A program made the position numbers and the translations under genes. Shown in pieces: positions 18,318 through 26,968 of a stretch of 64,000 bases of DNA (position 1 is its first letter; the number at the start of each line of letters is the position of its first letter). Under the pieces are notes generated by a model. The model had not been told where the DNA came from. It searched no databases and saw only the letters and a program-made list of their open reading frames with translations. Origin of the DNA: Caldisericota bacterium (lineage in GTDB: Bacteria > Caldisericota > Caldisericia > JAAYUI01); contig JAKPMO010000015.1 in assembly GCA_029548865.1 (NCBI GenBank), forward strand, positions 10,482 through 74,481, in the 5' to 3' direction.

Positions 18318-19661
18318 ATGGACGGGGAAATGGAAGAGAAAAAACAGTTAGGATGGAAGGCAATTCTCAAGGAAATGCTTAAGCTAGTTCTTATTTTTAT
18401 ATTCATAATAACAACTGGGATTACCCTGATTGCTCTATGCTCTACGAATACAGACAACGACTTTTTTAACAAAATTAGAGAATTTTTCCAGCCAAAATTT
18501 ACCTATAAAGATTTTGCTCGACTTCCAAATACCAGCTTTTTGTTCAACCAACAATATCTGGGAGTGCTTGAGGTGGAGAATGATTTGACAGAATACATCG
18601 GCTTTGGAGATATCTTTCATCCAGTTTATTCATCTGGCAACAAGATTTTGATTTATCAGGACCAGAACCTTGAACAAGTTGCAAGAGAAATTGAACTCCC
18701 TGGGAATGTAATTGGTAAATCATTTGTTTATTTCTACGATAAAGACAATTCTAGCGCCAGCAATTGGCAATACTACTTTTTGACCCAAAATAATGGCAAG
18801 AATCATATCACAGCTTTCTTGAGCAACAGGTCTAACAATGAGCCACAATATGATCTTCAGCAAAAATTTTCAATTGAGACAAAGGGGACAAAGATAGTTC
18901 CGATAGAAGATTTTGATAATTTTCTTGCGTGCATAGATAATGAAGGCAAGACACTAACTGTTTACAAATCCAGTGGAGAGGTTTTTTGCAATAAAACATT
19001 TGCCAAAAAATCTGCATTTTTCATGATTGGCAAAAATGTTGTCCAATATGATGGCCAGAAGCTGGTTTTATTCACAATTGACAAAAATGATGTTCTCCAG
19101 AAAACAAGCATTTTACTGCCTGATAAAGGGGACGTCTCCAAAGCATCACTTGATGGTGAGAAACACTCAGAAAAGACGTGCTTTACAGACGGTTCAAATG
19201 CGTATTATCTTGATGAATATTTCAACTATATCGAGAAAGCCCCCTTTAAGGATGTGGAGAAATCCCTTTGTGAAGGAGATTTCCTTGTCTGCAAAGATAA
19301 ACTTGTGTCCAATATTCTATTTTCAAATACAGACACTGGCAACAAACCCCACTTCTACACTTTCGAATCTTCAACAGTTTTCAATGACAGGTTCAATTAT
19401 GCACTGCCTTTATTATATTGTTACAAAGTTTTTATGTTGGTAAAAAATAACCTGTTCACATTCTCACCGGTATTTGTATGGAGCAATATAAGAGAAAATC
19501 AAAAAGTGACATATTATGTTTACAGGATGCAAGGTACCCCATTTGGAAGGGTGAAAGGTTTCTTTTTGAAAAACCACAGTGAATTGTTCAAAGTATACGA
19601 GGTCGCATATTTTTATACGGACCACGGGGTCTACCGCTTCAAGGAAGTGACAGAAGACTAA
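18318..19661 (+). CDS. Membrane-anchored Tyr/Phe/Lys-rich protein, LPGE-motif family member, low GC
   Basis: N-terminal TM LVLIFIFIITTGITLIAL. Motif EIELPGNVIGKSFVYFYD. Confidence 0.5.
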   Translation: MDGEMEEKKQLGWKAILKEMLKLVLIFIFIITTGITLIALCSTNTDNDFFNKIREFFQPKFTYKDFARLPNTSFLFNQQYLGVLEVENDLTEYIGFGDIFHPVYSSGNKILIYQDQNLEQVAREIELPGNVIGKSFVYFYDKDNSSASNWQYYFLTQNNGKNHITAFLSNRSNNEPQYDLQQKFSIETKGTKIVPIEDFDNFLACIDNEGKTLTVYKSSGEVFCNKTFAKKSAFFMIGKNVVQYDGQKLVLFTIDKNDVLQKTSILLPDKGDVSKASLDGEKHSEKTCFTDGSNAYYLDEYFNYIEKAPFKDVEKSLCEGDFLVCKDKLVSNILFSNTDTGNKPHFYTFESSTVFNDRFNYALPLLYCYKVFMLVKNNLFTFSPVFVWSNIRENQKVTYYVYRMQGTPFGRVKGFFLKNHSELFKVYEVAYFYTDHGVYRFKEVTED

Positions 19662-19713
19662 TAATTCTTGCTACTGATCCCTGCCTATGATTGGGGCAGA
19701 AAAGGGCTGATTC

Positions 19714-19866
19714 TCACTCGCTCTCGTACACAAGGATGTCGTGCGAGCAGGCCGGGCAGACAGGAACAGGCTTGCCCTCCTGGACCATGATCTTGTATCC
19801 GCACTTCTTGCAGACGTAGTAGCCAGTCTGCGGGGCGGTTTCACCAGCTTTTATTGTGCAAACCAT
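19714..19866 (-). CDS. Small Cys4 zinc-ribbon protein (rubredoxin-like fold, ~50 aa)
   Basis: AAAGAGGAGGAGAG-ATG ribosome-binding site. YVCKKCGY...CPACSHD gives two CxxC pairs. A TATAAT-like box lies ~25 nt upstream. The tool ORF extends further 5' without a ribosome-binding site. Confidence 0.5.
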   Translation of the reverse strand: MVCTIKAGETAPQTGYYVCKKCGYKIMVQEGKPVPVCPACSHDILVYESE

Positions 19867-19911
19867 CTCTCCTCCTCTTTTTATTTTTATTATAGCAAAT
19901 AGTTCCCAAAA

Positions 19912-19942
19912 ACAAAAAGGGGCGGATTTCTCCGCCCCTTCC
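19912..19942 (-). terminator. Rho-independent terminator of the giant surface-protein gene (minus strand)
   Basis: On the minus strand: AAGGGGCGGAGAAATCCGCCCCTT followed by TTTGTTTTTGG. Confidence 0.65.
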
Positions 19943-19959
19943 AACCAAAAGGAGGAATT

Positions 19960-22900
19960 CTAGTAGTATCTGGTCATCGTTATCGTCTTCTCGTCGCCGT
20001 TCCACTGCACCTCTGCGCCAAGCGCCTCGGCTATGAACCTGAACGGGAGGACTGTCCTGCCGTCTTTTATCAACGGCGGCTGTTCAAGCTGGGAGATCTT
20101 TCCATTCACAATGGCGACCTTCGAGCCGATTGTCATCATGATCAGGTCCTTGCCAAGGGTTATGGTCACCTGCTTGACCTGGGCATTCCAGTCCACTTTT
20201 GCGCCAAAGGCCTGGGCAATCGCCCTGACAGGCACAAGTGTCCTGCTGGTTTGCGGGTCAACATAAGGTGCCACATCGAGCTTGCTTATCTGGCCATCGA
20301 CAAGCATAACATCGTTTCCTATCTTCATCTGAACCAGCTTTATCTGCCAGTTGTACAGCTCAAGGGTCGGCCTGGACTGGTTGCCAAGGGCATCGGTTGC
20401 CTCAAACTTGAATGTGTTTTTGCCAAGCACAAGATCGAGTGTGACCACAAACTTGCCCGGCCCGACTTCGATGATTTTTCCATCAATGGCCAGCTTTGCT
20501 TTCTCGCTGGCATTGCCTTCAACCTCAACCTGCTTTGCATTCACAAGCTTTGTTTTCGGCTGGACAAATTCAACCACTGGCGGGGTCGTGTCTTTTGTGA
20601 TGGTGATCTTCTTGGAAATCTTTGTGCCAACAGGATTGGCGGCAATGACTTCGATTTCGTTTACACCTTCCTTGAGTGTGACAGTGACAAAGAACACGCC
20701 ATCAGCGCCAACGCTCACCGGGTTTCCACCAACAGAGACCACTGCCTCGGAGTTTGTCTTGCCCCTGATTGTTATCTGGTCTTCTTTTGTAAGAGATGGC
20801 ACCTCTTCAATCTCAAGAGGCGGCGGGGCGACAGGTGAAACAACTTCTATTACCTGCGGGTTCACCGTTATGTATGTTCCGCTGTCCAGCCTGGCGACTA
20901 TCTTGCCTGGCTTTGTCGGTAGGACATCAAATTCAACTTCACCCTTTGGCCCTGTCTTGGCCTCCATCATGACGCCTGCTCCTTGCACCGTTACAGTGAC
21001 ATTGGAGAGTGGCGCCCTGGAGGCAACGTCTTCAACCGTGACGGCGATCTTCTTCTGGAGTCCGGGGTAGAAGGTGCCGGCATAAACAACATTGAGGCTT
21101 GCGCCCTTTGCAACATCAAACTCAAGCGACTTGCGGGCTATGACAACGTCTTCCCCGAATGTGGCCTTTGCCTTATAGCTGAGGGTTGCAACCGATGTGC
21201 CGGTGTTGCTTGTCGGCGTGTAGTGGACAATGGCCTCGGAGGCCTTTGGGTCAACCTTGCTCTGGGTGGTCTCGACGCTGGTTTTTACTTCAGACTTTGC
21301 GCCCACGCTTGCGACTTCAATTATTCCACCAGGCTTTATCGGGTCCGTTTCCTTCTGACATGCTGGCGTCACCCTTGCCACAAAAACATTGTCGGTGCCA
21401 TAGGCAAGGTCGTAATTGGAAGGCGACAGGAACCCTGTGGAAAGCTCATCGCCGACGTTCTGGTCATAGAGCCTTATAACAGGCTGCTTTATCGGAACAT
21501 TGGTTACTGTCGGGGTGTCCCAGTCGAGTGCAAATGTGCCATCGCCCTTGTACCTGAGGAGCGGATTGAAGGCCATCGACTGTGATCTTGGGGCATCGCC
21601 GGCAACATCTCCCTTGATGACCGATGCCTTGTTGGCACCGAGCAGGCCGCCAACCATAAACACCTGGTCAGCAAAGACGTAGAAGGTAACATTTCCATTT
21701 TCATCCGGGTTGAGCGAATCCTTGTAGTCAATCCTCGAATCACCGTTGAAATCAGAGAAGAAGTAGTTGCCTGCGATCTCGGAGTTGTACACGCAACCCT
21801 TGCCCCAGCTCTTCAGGTCTATTGTTGAGCCATCGAGCTTTGCGCTCGTCTTGCATCTTACAGACATTGGCTTGACAAGGTTTGAAGTGGAAGAGATTTC
21901 GCCTGTTGATGAAATCCCGAACCTGTTGAAATAAGTCAATTTTTCCGGATCAGCGCCGGCGTCAAGGACAAGGAACGGGGTAAACCTGATAAAATCTGTC
22001 GAAGAGCCATACTTGCCCGGCAGTTTTGACGAGCCCTTGAGCAGCTGGCCCTGTGCGTCCTTGAGTGTTGCAACAACCTTGTAAACGCGGCGGTCAAGGC
22101 CGGTCATGCAGGCCTCTGGTTCCTCCGGCCACTTCATTGTGACAGCATCGCCTGTTGCCACGTTGGTTATCGAATAGGTAACCTTTGGTCTTGCGACCTT
22201 GATTGAACCTACACCCCAACTCTTGTAGTCGGACGAGCGTACTTTTATCTGTATTTCACCCTCGTCATTGGCCACAAAACCTGTGAACTTGTATATGCCT
22301 TTGGAGGCCTGCGAGAAATCGTAGCCTATCGGCTTGAACTCGCCAAACAGGTGCTCATTGTCCGATATTGTGCCATCTTTGTTGCGCAGTGAGGTCACTG
22401 TCCAGTAATAGGCACCAACACGTTCCGGTCTGGCATCAGATATGAAGCTGACTGCCTCTTCCGGCTTCAGCTTCCCACCCTTGGTTAGGTCGACCGGCCT
22501 GCCGTTTATGTCCTTTATGGTAAAGGTCAGTGGCTGGTTCGAATTGACAACCTCGGGGGAAACGCCCGCAGTCACAATGCCTGGATTGACTTCAATGATG
22601 ATGTTGGGGTCCTTTGATACCCCGCCACCTGGCTCCGGATACATGCTTACCTGGCCGGCAAGGTAAACCTCGTGCGAGTAGTACTGCCTGGTTCCAGGGA
22701 CGTTCCAGAGAGGGGCAAAGCTCCTGTCGTTGTTATCATCATAATATTTGTAAACGGTCAGATTGACCGGCAATCTTTCGTCCTCTGCAATAACATGGTC
22801 ATTGTTGAAATCAAGGCCGGCATCTTCAATCCTGCAGCCGTTTGAAAGGCTCATGTCAAAGACATACCTGCCGTTGTTGCGCTGATAAGTCCTTGCATCA

Positions 22901-25900
22901 ATGATGCCGCCCACCCAGCTGTTGGTCGCCAGGTTGTAGGCGCCAATGAGCTCGGTTTCGTAGGCATCAAAAGAAATTCTTCCGTCACCGTTCAGGTCCA
23001 TGTCACTGCTGAAGGCGCCAGCCGAGCCGGAGCCAACAGAGGATGACGGGCCGTTTGTCACCCAGCCATCGCCTGCGCCAAAGAAAACGTTGCCGCCCAT
23101 CTGCTGGAGGACACCCCTGTCCTGCCAGACATAGGCCATTGCATCGTTGCATTCCCTGACCACCTGGATGTCTTCCCATTCGGTGATTTTGACATCAAGG
23201 ACGTTGTCGGCAATGATTCCGAGTGTCCCGGGTGCACCTTCTATGTGGAGCCCGTGGACCGGGATTCCCTGTATCCTGTACTCCTGGCAGCAATCTTCCC
23301 AGATCCTTGACTGGCCGTTTGCCAGCTTGACTTCGATCCTTATGACACCTCTGTCAACCGGGATTATCTCGTCAAAAACAAACACGTTGCCATTGACCAT
23401 CGAATAGTCCAGCCTTCTGCTCTGGAGGAGCCTCTGGTTGGCCTGCTGGTAGACATAGCGGTCCTTGAATCCAGGGTTTATGATCCTGGTGAAGTCTTGC
23501 GGGGCAAGCTCGTAGTCTCTCCAGTTGGTCTGGTCAACCACAATCCTGCCAGAATAGTCATACTGTACTGGCACATTCCTGAGGCCATTGTATGTATAGT
23601 CGGTGATCGGGAATCTTGGCGTCATGAATGGCCCGGTTATTTCTATCCACTGTATCTTGTGGTCGCTGTCTGTTGCATTGAACGAGAGGAACTCGCTCCT
23701 TGCATTTGTGAGCATAAAGAAAAGACCATAATCTGTGAGAGGCAGGAACTCTGTTCCAAGCTTCCACACCTGGTCGCGGAATATGGCAGGATATGCGTTC
23801 CTTCCGTCCCCCATTCCACCTTGCACCCTGATTGGGTGTGTCTGTCCACCAGGATATGCCCTGAATTCCCTGACAAGATTTGAAAGAACAGGGTCATAAG
23901 GTGACTGTATCTGGGAGGCCGGGGGTGGCATCCTGGACAGGGCACCAGAGCCAGAGGTGTAGTTGACGCTGGAGTACTGGAGGGCGTGGTCAATTGCGGT
24001 AAATTCGACGAAATTGATGTCTCCATAACCACCGGAGCCACCACCCCCGCCGCCTCCTCCTCCACCACCGCCACCACCTCCGCCTCCACCGCCTCCTCCA
24101 CCGGAGGCAGTTGGCGGGATGACGTGGACACCACAATAGTCGGTGCCCTTGGCAGGCGAGGTGATAAAGTATGGTGGGTGGGTGATTGTGCTGTTGTAAT
24201 CCCAAAGTGCATTATCAGTGTGCACCCTTACATTCAGGCTGGAGGTGCGGTCTGGTGGCCAGCAGGCCACCATTATGCTTCCACCTGGATCGGCCCATGG
24301 GGTCGTCTTGTATGTGGTGACAAAGCATGGCACACCATACGTTTCAATGACTGGCAAATTGACGCCGTCAAACTGGCCCCATGTGTCGCCTTTGGTCACA
24401 ACACCCATTTTTTCGAAGCCCTGGCCACAGATGTCGCATTCTGCAAATCTTCCAGAGCAGTCTATATCAACAAGACTGCCTGAATTGATATTGCCCTGTG
24501 TCGGCCCAACAACAGTGTCTTCCTGGTCAAGTGCGCCAATGGCACCAATGCCTGGCGTCGGGCTCTGGTTGTCGTTCCAGGCCCAGTAATAGTATGTGCC
24601 ATCCTTGTTGACCTGGACTATGTATCTGTTTGTGCCAGTGCCAGCGGTAAACATCCAGTCGATGCCGGCCCCTGTGCAATTGTAGTAGGCAATAATATTG
24701 CCTGCAGAAGCCGTGGTTGAGATGTTGACGCCATTGAGGTCATTCACATCATATGGGTTGTCAAAATCTTTGAGGGTCAAAACAAAGTTCGGGTAGCGGG
24801 TCGAGATGTTTGTAAGACAGACGGTGCTGCAGTCAAAATACATGTCTTCCGGCTCCACCGTGAACTCTTTTGCCAGGTAGCAGTCATAGTTGTTCGGAAT
24901 AATGGTGTTGTTCAGGATCTGCGGGGAAGGAACAACCCAATATCCGTAAGTTCCATCTGGCGGGCCTCCCCAACCAATGTCTTGTGGTTTGCCAGTACCC
25001 TTTTCATAATAAACCTCTATAAGATATGGGTGAATCCTGCCAAATTCGTCGCAAGAGCCTTCATAGGGAGTTATCTGGACAGTGGCTCTTGGGCGATCTT
25101 TGGTTATCGTTCCAGCAACGTTTCTCTGGCCTGAGGCATCAGTCAGCACTATGTAGGCTATTCTGCCTTCGTCAGGCGCCGGGTTCATTGTCAAATTGAC
25201 TTCCGAGGTCTGTTCGACCTTGAACGGTCTCGAGACATTCACCTGCACAGGTGCAACACCCGGCAGGACCTCCATGTCCATGAAGCGGAAATTGCCGCAC
25301 CTTCCAACAGTTATACCAGAAATCGGATAGCTCCTTATGTAAAGCTCAGGGCCGGCAACAACCGTTCCGCACTGATAGGTGTTGCCATTCTTGTTGACCA
25401 CCGTCAGACGAACGTCACCGGCAGTTACGGAGTTGGAAAGATCATTGTCCTGATAAATCCATTCACCCTCTTCAAACTCGTTGTTATTGTTGGCATCAAA
25501 CCAGCCAACGTTCGTGAATGGACGAATAATATAGCCATTATCGACATCACCGGCTGAAACATACGAGCCAGCCTCATAGGTGACTATAGCTCCACCAACA
25601 CTAAACGTGACGGTGGTCATACGCTTGTCGCCAGGGTTGACGATGTCGTTCATGAACGGGTCCTGGGCGGTGTTGAGGTTGTCATATATCGGCTCGCCAC
25701 AGCCAAAACCGGTTCCGCCGCTGTCGTAATACCTGAAGCTTGCCGGGAAGGGTTTTAGTGGGAGGCCGGTATCGGAATCATTCACTCCTGAATTTGAGGC
25801 GCCAATGAAATCCTCACAGGCATACAAGGCCTTGTAGTCATCAGAAAGGTTTTGGGCAAAGCACTGACCTTGCGGGTTGTTGATATTGTTTTCACCAGAA

Positions 25901-26784
25901 TCCCTAAATATCTCAATGCCTACGTAGCTCCTGTAAGACGGCTTAACATTGAAAAAAGTGGTTGCCGGGACCTGAAAATCCAGGCCAGTAGGGCCAAGCA
26001 CGGTTGATTTCTGGATTCTCTGCGATCTTCTGAGTGTCGGGTTTTCAGGGTCAAAGATTGATGCAGCGGTAACGGCCGGATTGACGCCTTCCCACATATC
26101 GGTTTCAACCGAGAGGTTGTAGGAGGTGTTCGGATCGCAAGATGCAAGGAAGGTCTCTGACATGACAAGAGCCATTCCATTGCCAGGAAGCGCAGCCTGC
26201 CCCAACTTGAAAAGCCTCCCTGAAAAATTGCGCGGGAAGGTGTATGGGCCATGTTGATGGCTGATCGGCGTGAACCAGTAGCCCTTGTTGTGGAAGAAGT
26301 TTGCATAGTCGCCGACCCTATATGGGCCCTGTGTGTTGTTGGCCGGAGTATTGTCTGTCTTGAAGTTGTAGTCGTAACACTGACCTGGCGGGTCTGGTCT
26401 TGCTCTTTCGGCAGCATTGTGGAAATAGCCGTCCGGGTCAAACCAGATGTTGCCGTTTGAGTCCAGGATGCAGTTCATCTTGTCTTTTTCAGTGGACTGC
26501 CCGCCTGCACCAATAACGGTAAGATAAACTTCCGACCAATACCTTGGCTGGGACGGCATCGGAAATTGCTGCCTGCCCCACCAGGTGGAAATATCGCCGG
26601 AAGTCCACGGAACGACCCTGCCGGAGAGTGGCTGGCCGCTCCTGTCCTGTCCAAGCGGAGACCACCTGACTACTGCAAAAAGTATGTTTTTTGTTTCGGC
26701 ATAAGCCTGTGGTATTTCGCCAAAAAACGGAACCACGGTGAGCGCCACCGCGAGCGTTAGCATTGTAGCCAAGAGCTTTCTCAT
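19960..26784 (-). CDS. Giant secreted surface protein (~2275 aa). Large conserved N-terminal body shared with the paralog at 56852-64000, a 24-Gly tract, Ca-binding-like DxDxDG loops, C-terminal Ig-like (Big) domains and two copper-amine-oxidase N-terminal (CAO-N) type wall-association domains.
   Basis: GAAAGGAG-N8-ATG at 26784 gives the signal peptide MRKLLATMLTLAVALTVVPFFGEIPQAYA. C-terminus LVPVRAIAQAFGAKVDWN...GRTVLPFRFIAEALGAEVQWN fits CAO-N repeats. DMDLNGDGRISFDAYE is EF-hand/dockerin-like. Long stretches are alignable with the second giant ORF. Confidence 0.8.
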   Translation of the reverse strand: MRKLLATMLTLAVALTVVPFFGEIPQAYAETKNILFAVVRWSPLGQDRSGQPLSGRVVPWTSGDISTWWGRQQFPMPSQPRYWSEVYLTVIGAGGQSTEKDKMNCILDSNGNIWFDPDGYFHNAAERARPDPPGQCYDYNFKTDNTPANNTQGPYRVGDYANFFHNKGYWFTPISHQHGPYTFPRNFSGRLFKLGQAALPGNGMALVMSETFLASCDPNTSYNLSVETDMWEGVNPAVTAASIFDPENPTLRRSQRIQKSTVLGPTGLDFQVPATTFFNVKPSYRSYVGIEIFRDSGENNINNPQGQCFAQNLSDDYKALYACEDFIGASNSGVNDSDTGLPLKPFPASFRYYDSGGTGFGCGEPIYDNLNTAQDPFMNDIVNPGDKRMTTVTFSVGGAIVTYEAGSYVSAGDVDNGYIIRPFTNVGWFDANNNNEFEEGEWIYQDNDLSNSVTAGDVRLTVVNKNGNTYQCGTVVAGPELYIRSYPISGITVGRCGNFRFMDMEVLPGVAPVQVNVSRPFKVEQTSEVNLTMNPAPDEGRIAYIVLTDASGQRNVAGTITKDRPRATVQITPYEGSCDEFGRIHPYLIEVYYEKGTGKPQDIGWGGPPDGTYGYWVVPSPQILNNTIIPNNYDCYLAKEFTVEPEDMYFDCSTVCLTNISTRYPNFVLTLKDFDNPYDVNDLNGVNISTTASAGNIIAYYNCTGAGIDWMFTAGTGTNRYIVQVNKDGTYYYWAWNDNQSPTPGIGAIGALDQEDTVVGPTQGNINSGSLVDIDCSGRFAECDICGQGFEKMGVVTKGDTWGQFDGVNLPVIETYGVPCFVTTYKTTPWADPGGSIMVACWPPDRTSSLNVRVHTDNALWDYNSTITHPPYFITSPAKGTDYCGVHVIPPTASGGGGGGGGGGGGGGGGGGGGGGSGGYGDINFVEFTAIDHALQYSSVNYTSGSGALSRMPPPASQIQSPYDPVLSNLVREFRAYPGGQTHPIRVQGGMGDGRNAYPAIFRDQVWKLGTEFLPLTDYGLFFMLTNARSEFLSFNATDSDHKIQWIEITGPFMTPRFPITDYTYNGLRNVPVQYDYSGRIVVDQTNWRDYELAPQDFTRIINPGFKDRYVYQQANQRLLQSRRLDYSMVNGNVFVFDEIIPVDRGVIRIEVKLANGQSRIWEDCCQEYRIQGIPVHGLHIEGAPGTLGIIADNVLDVKITEWEDIQVVRECNDAMAYVWQDRGVLQQMGGNVFFGAGDGWVTNGPSSSVGSGSAGAFSSDMDLNGDGRISFDAYETELIGAYNLATNSWVGGIIDARTYQRNNGRYVFDMSLSNGCRIEDAGLDFNNDHVIAEDERLPVNLTVYKYYDDNNDRSFAPLWNVPGTRQYYSHEVYLAGQVSMYPEPGGGVSKDPNIIIEVNPGIVTAGVSPEVVNSNQPLTFTIKDINGRPVDLTKGGKLKPEEAVSFISDARPERVGAYYWTVTSLRNKDGTISDNEHLFGEFKPIGYDFSQASKGIYKFTGFVANDEGEIQIKVRSSDYKSWGVGSIKVARPKVTYSITNVATGDAVTMKWPEEPEACMTGLDRRVYKVVATLKDAQGQLLKGSSKLPGKYGSSTDFIRFTPFLVLDAGADPEKLTYFNRFGISSTGEISSTSNLVKPMSVRCKTSAKLDGSTIDLKSWGKGCVYNSEIAGNYFFSDFNGDSRIDYKDSLNPDENGNVTFYVFADQVFMVGGLLGANKASVIKGDVAGDAPRSQSMAFNPLLRYKGDGTFALDWDTPTVTNVPIKQPVIRLYDQNVGDELSTGFLSPSNYDLAYGTDNVFVARVTPACQKETDPIKPGGIIEVASVGAKSEVKTSVETTQSKVDPKASEAIVHYTPTSNTGTSVATLSYKAKATFGEDVVIARKSLEFDVAKGASLNVVYAGTFYPGLQKKIAVTVEDVASRAPLSNVTVTVQGAGVMMEAKTGPKGEVEFDVLPTKPGKIVARLDSGTYITVNPQVIEVVSPVAPPPLEIEEVPSLTKEDQITIRGKTNSEAVVSVGGNPVSVGADGVFFVTVTLKEGVNEIEVIAANPVGTKISKKITITKDTTPPVVEFVQPKTKLVNAKQVEVEGNASEKAKLAIDGKIIEVGPGKFVVTLDLVLGKNTFKFEATDALGNQSRPTLELYNWQIKLVQMKIGNDVMLVDGQISKLDVAPYVDPQTSRTLVPVRAIAQAFGAKVDWNAQVKQVTITLGKDLIMMTIGSKVAIVNGKISQLEQPPLIKDGRTVLPFRFIAEALGAEVQWNGDEKTITMTRYY
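24018..24117 (-). repeat. GGN-codon microsatellite-like tract encoding G24SGG inside the giant protein
   Basis: Plus strand reads ccaccggagccaccacccccgccgcctcctcctccaccaccgccaccacctccgcctccaccgcctcctccaccggagg. The spurious Arg/Trp-rich ORF 23990-24205 is a frame artefact of this tract. Confidence 0.7.
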
Positions 26785-26909
26785 CTTGAAACTCCTTTCG
26801 ATGCATTCATGGCTGATTTGCTTCAAATACACGAAATCTTGGGGTCAAGTTCAAAATTGGGGAGGGTGCTGATGTCTTGATAAAAAATAGAATCTTTTTT
26901 TGAAGACAA

Positions 26910-26944
26910 ACAAAAAAGGCGGGGGCAACCCCGCCTTTTTTGTT
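26910..26944. terminator. Bidirectional rho-independent terminator (downstream of htrA)
   Basis: AAAAAAGGCGGGGGCAACCCCGCCTTTTTTG. Confidence 0.65.
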
Positions 26945-26968
26945 CCAGAAGGTACTTATTGGTGATGG

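Noticed and set aside
20251-21585. Several 190-240-aa plus-strand ORFs (20251-20838, 20351-21070, 20983-21585) and similar ones at 32531-34143 and 35435-37537
   Set aside because: They are antisense or alternate-frame shadows inside the very long minus-strand genes. They have biased low-complexity composition (Ser/Thr/Pro or Cys/Arg rich), no ribosome-binding sites and no recognisable domains.
23990-24205. 71-aa Arg/Trp-rich ORF (…WRRRWRRRWWRWWRRRRRGWW…) on the minus strand
   Set aside because: It is the +1/+2 frame reading of the GGN microsatellite that encodes the poly-Gly tract of giant protein A. It lies entirely inside that gene and has no independent start signals.
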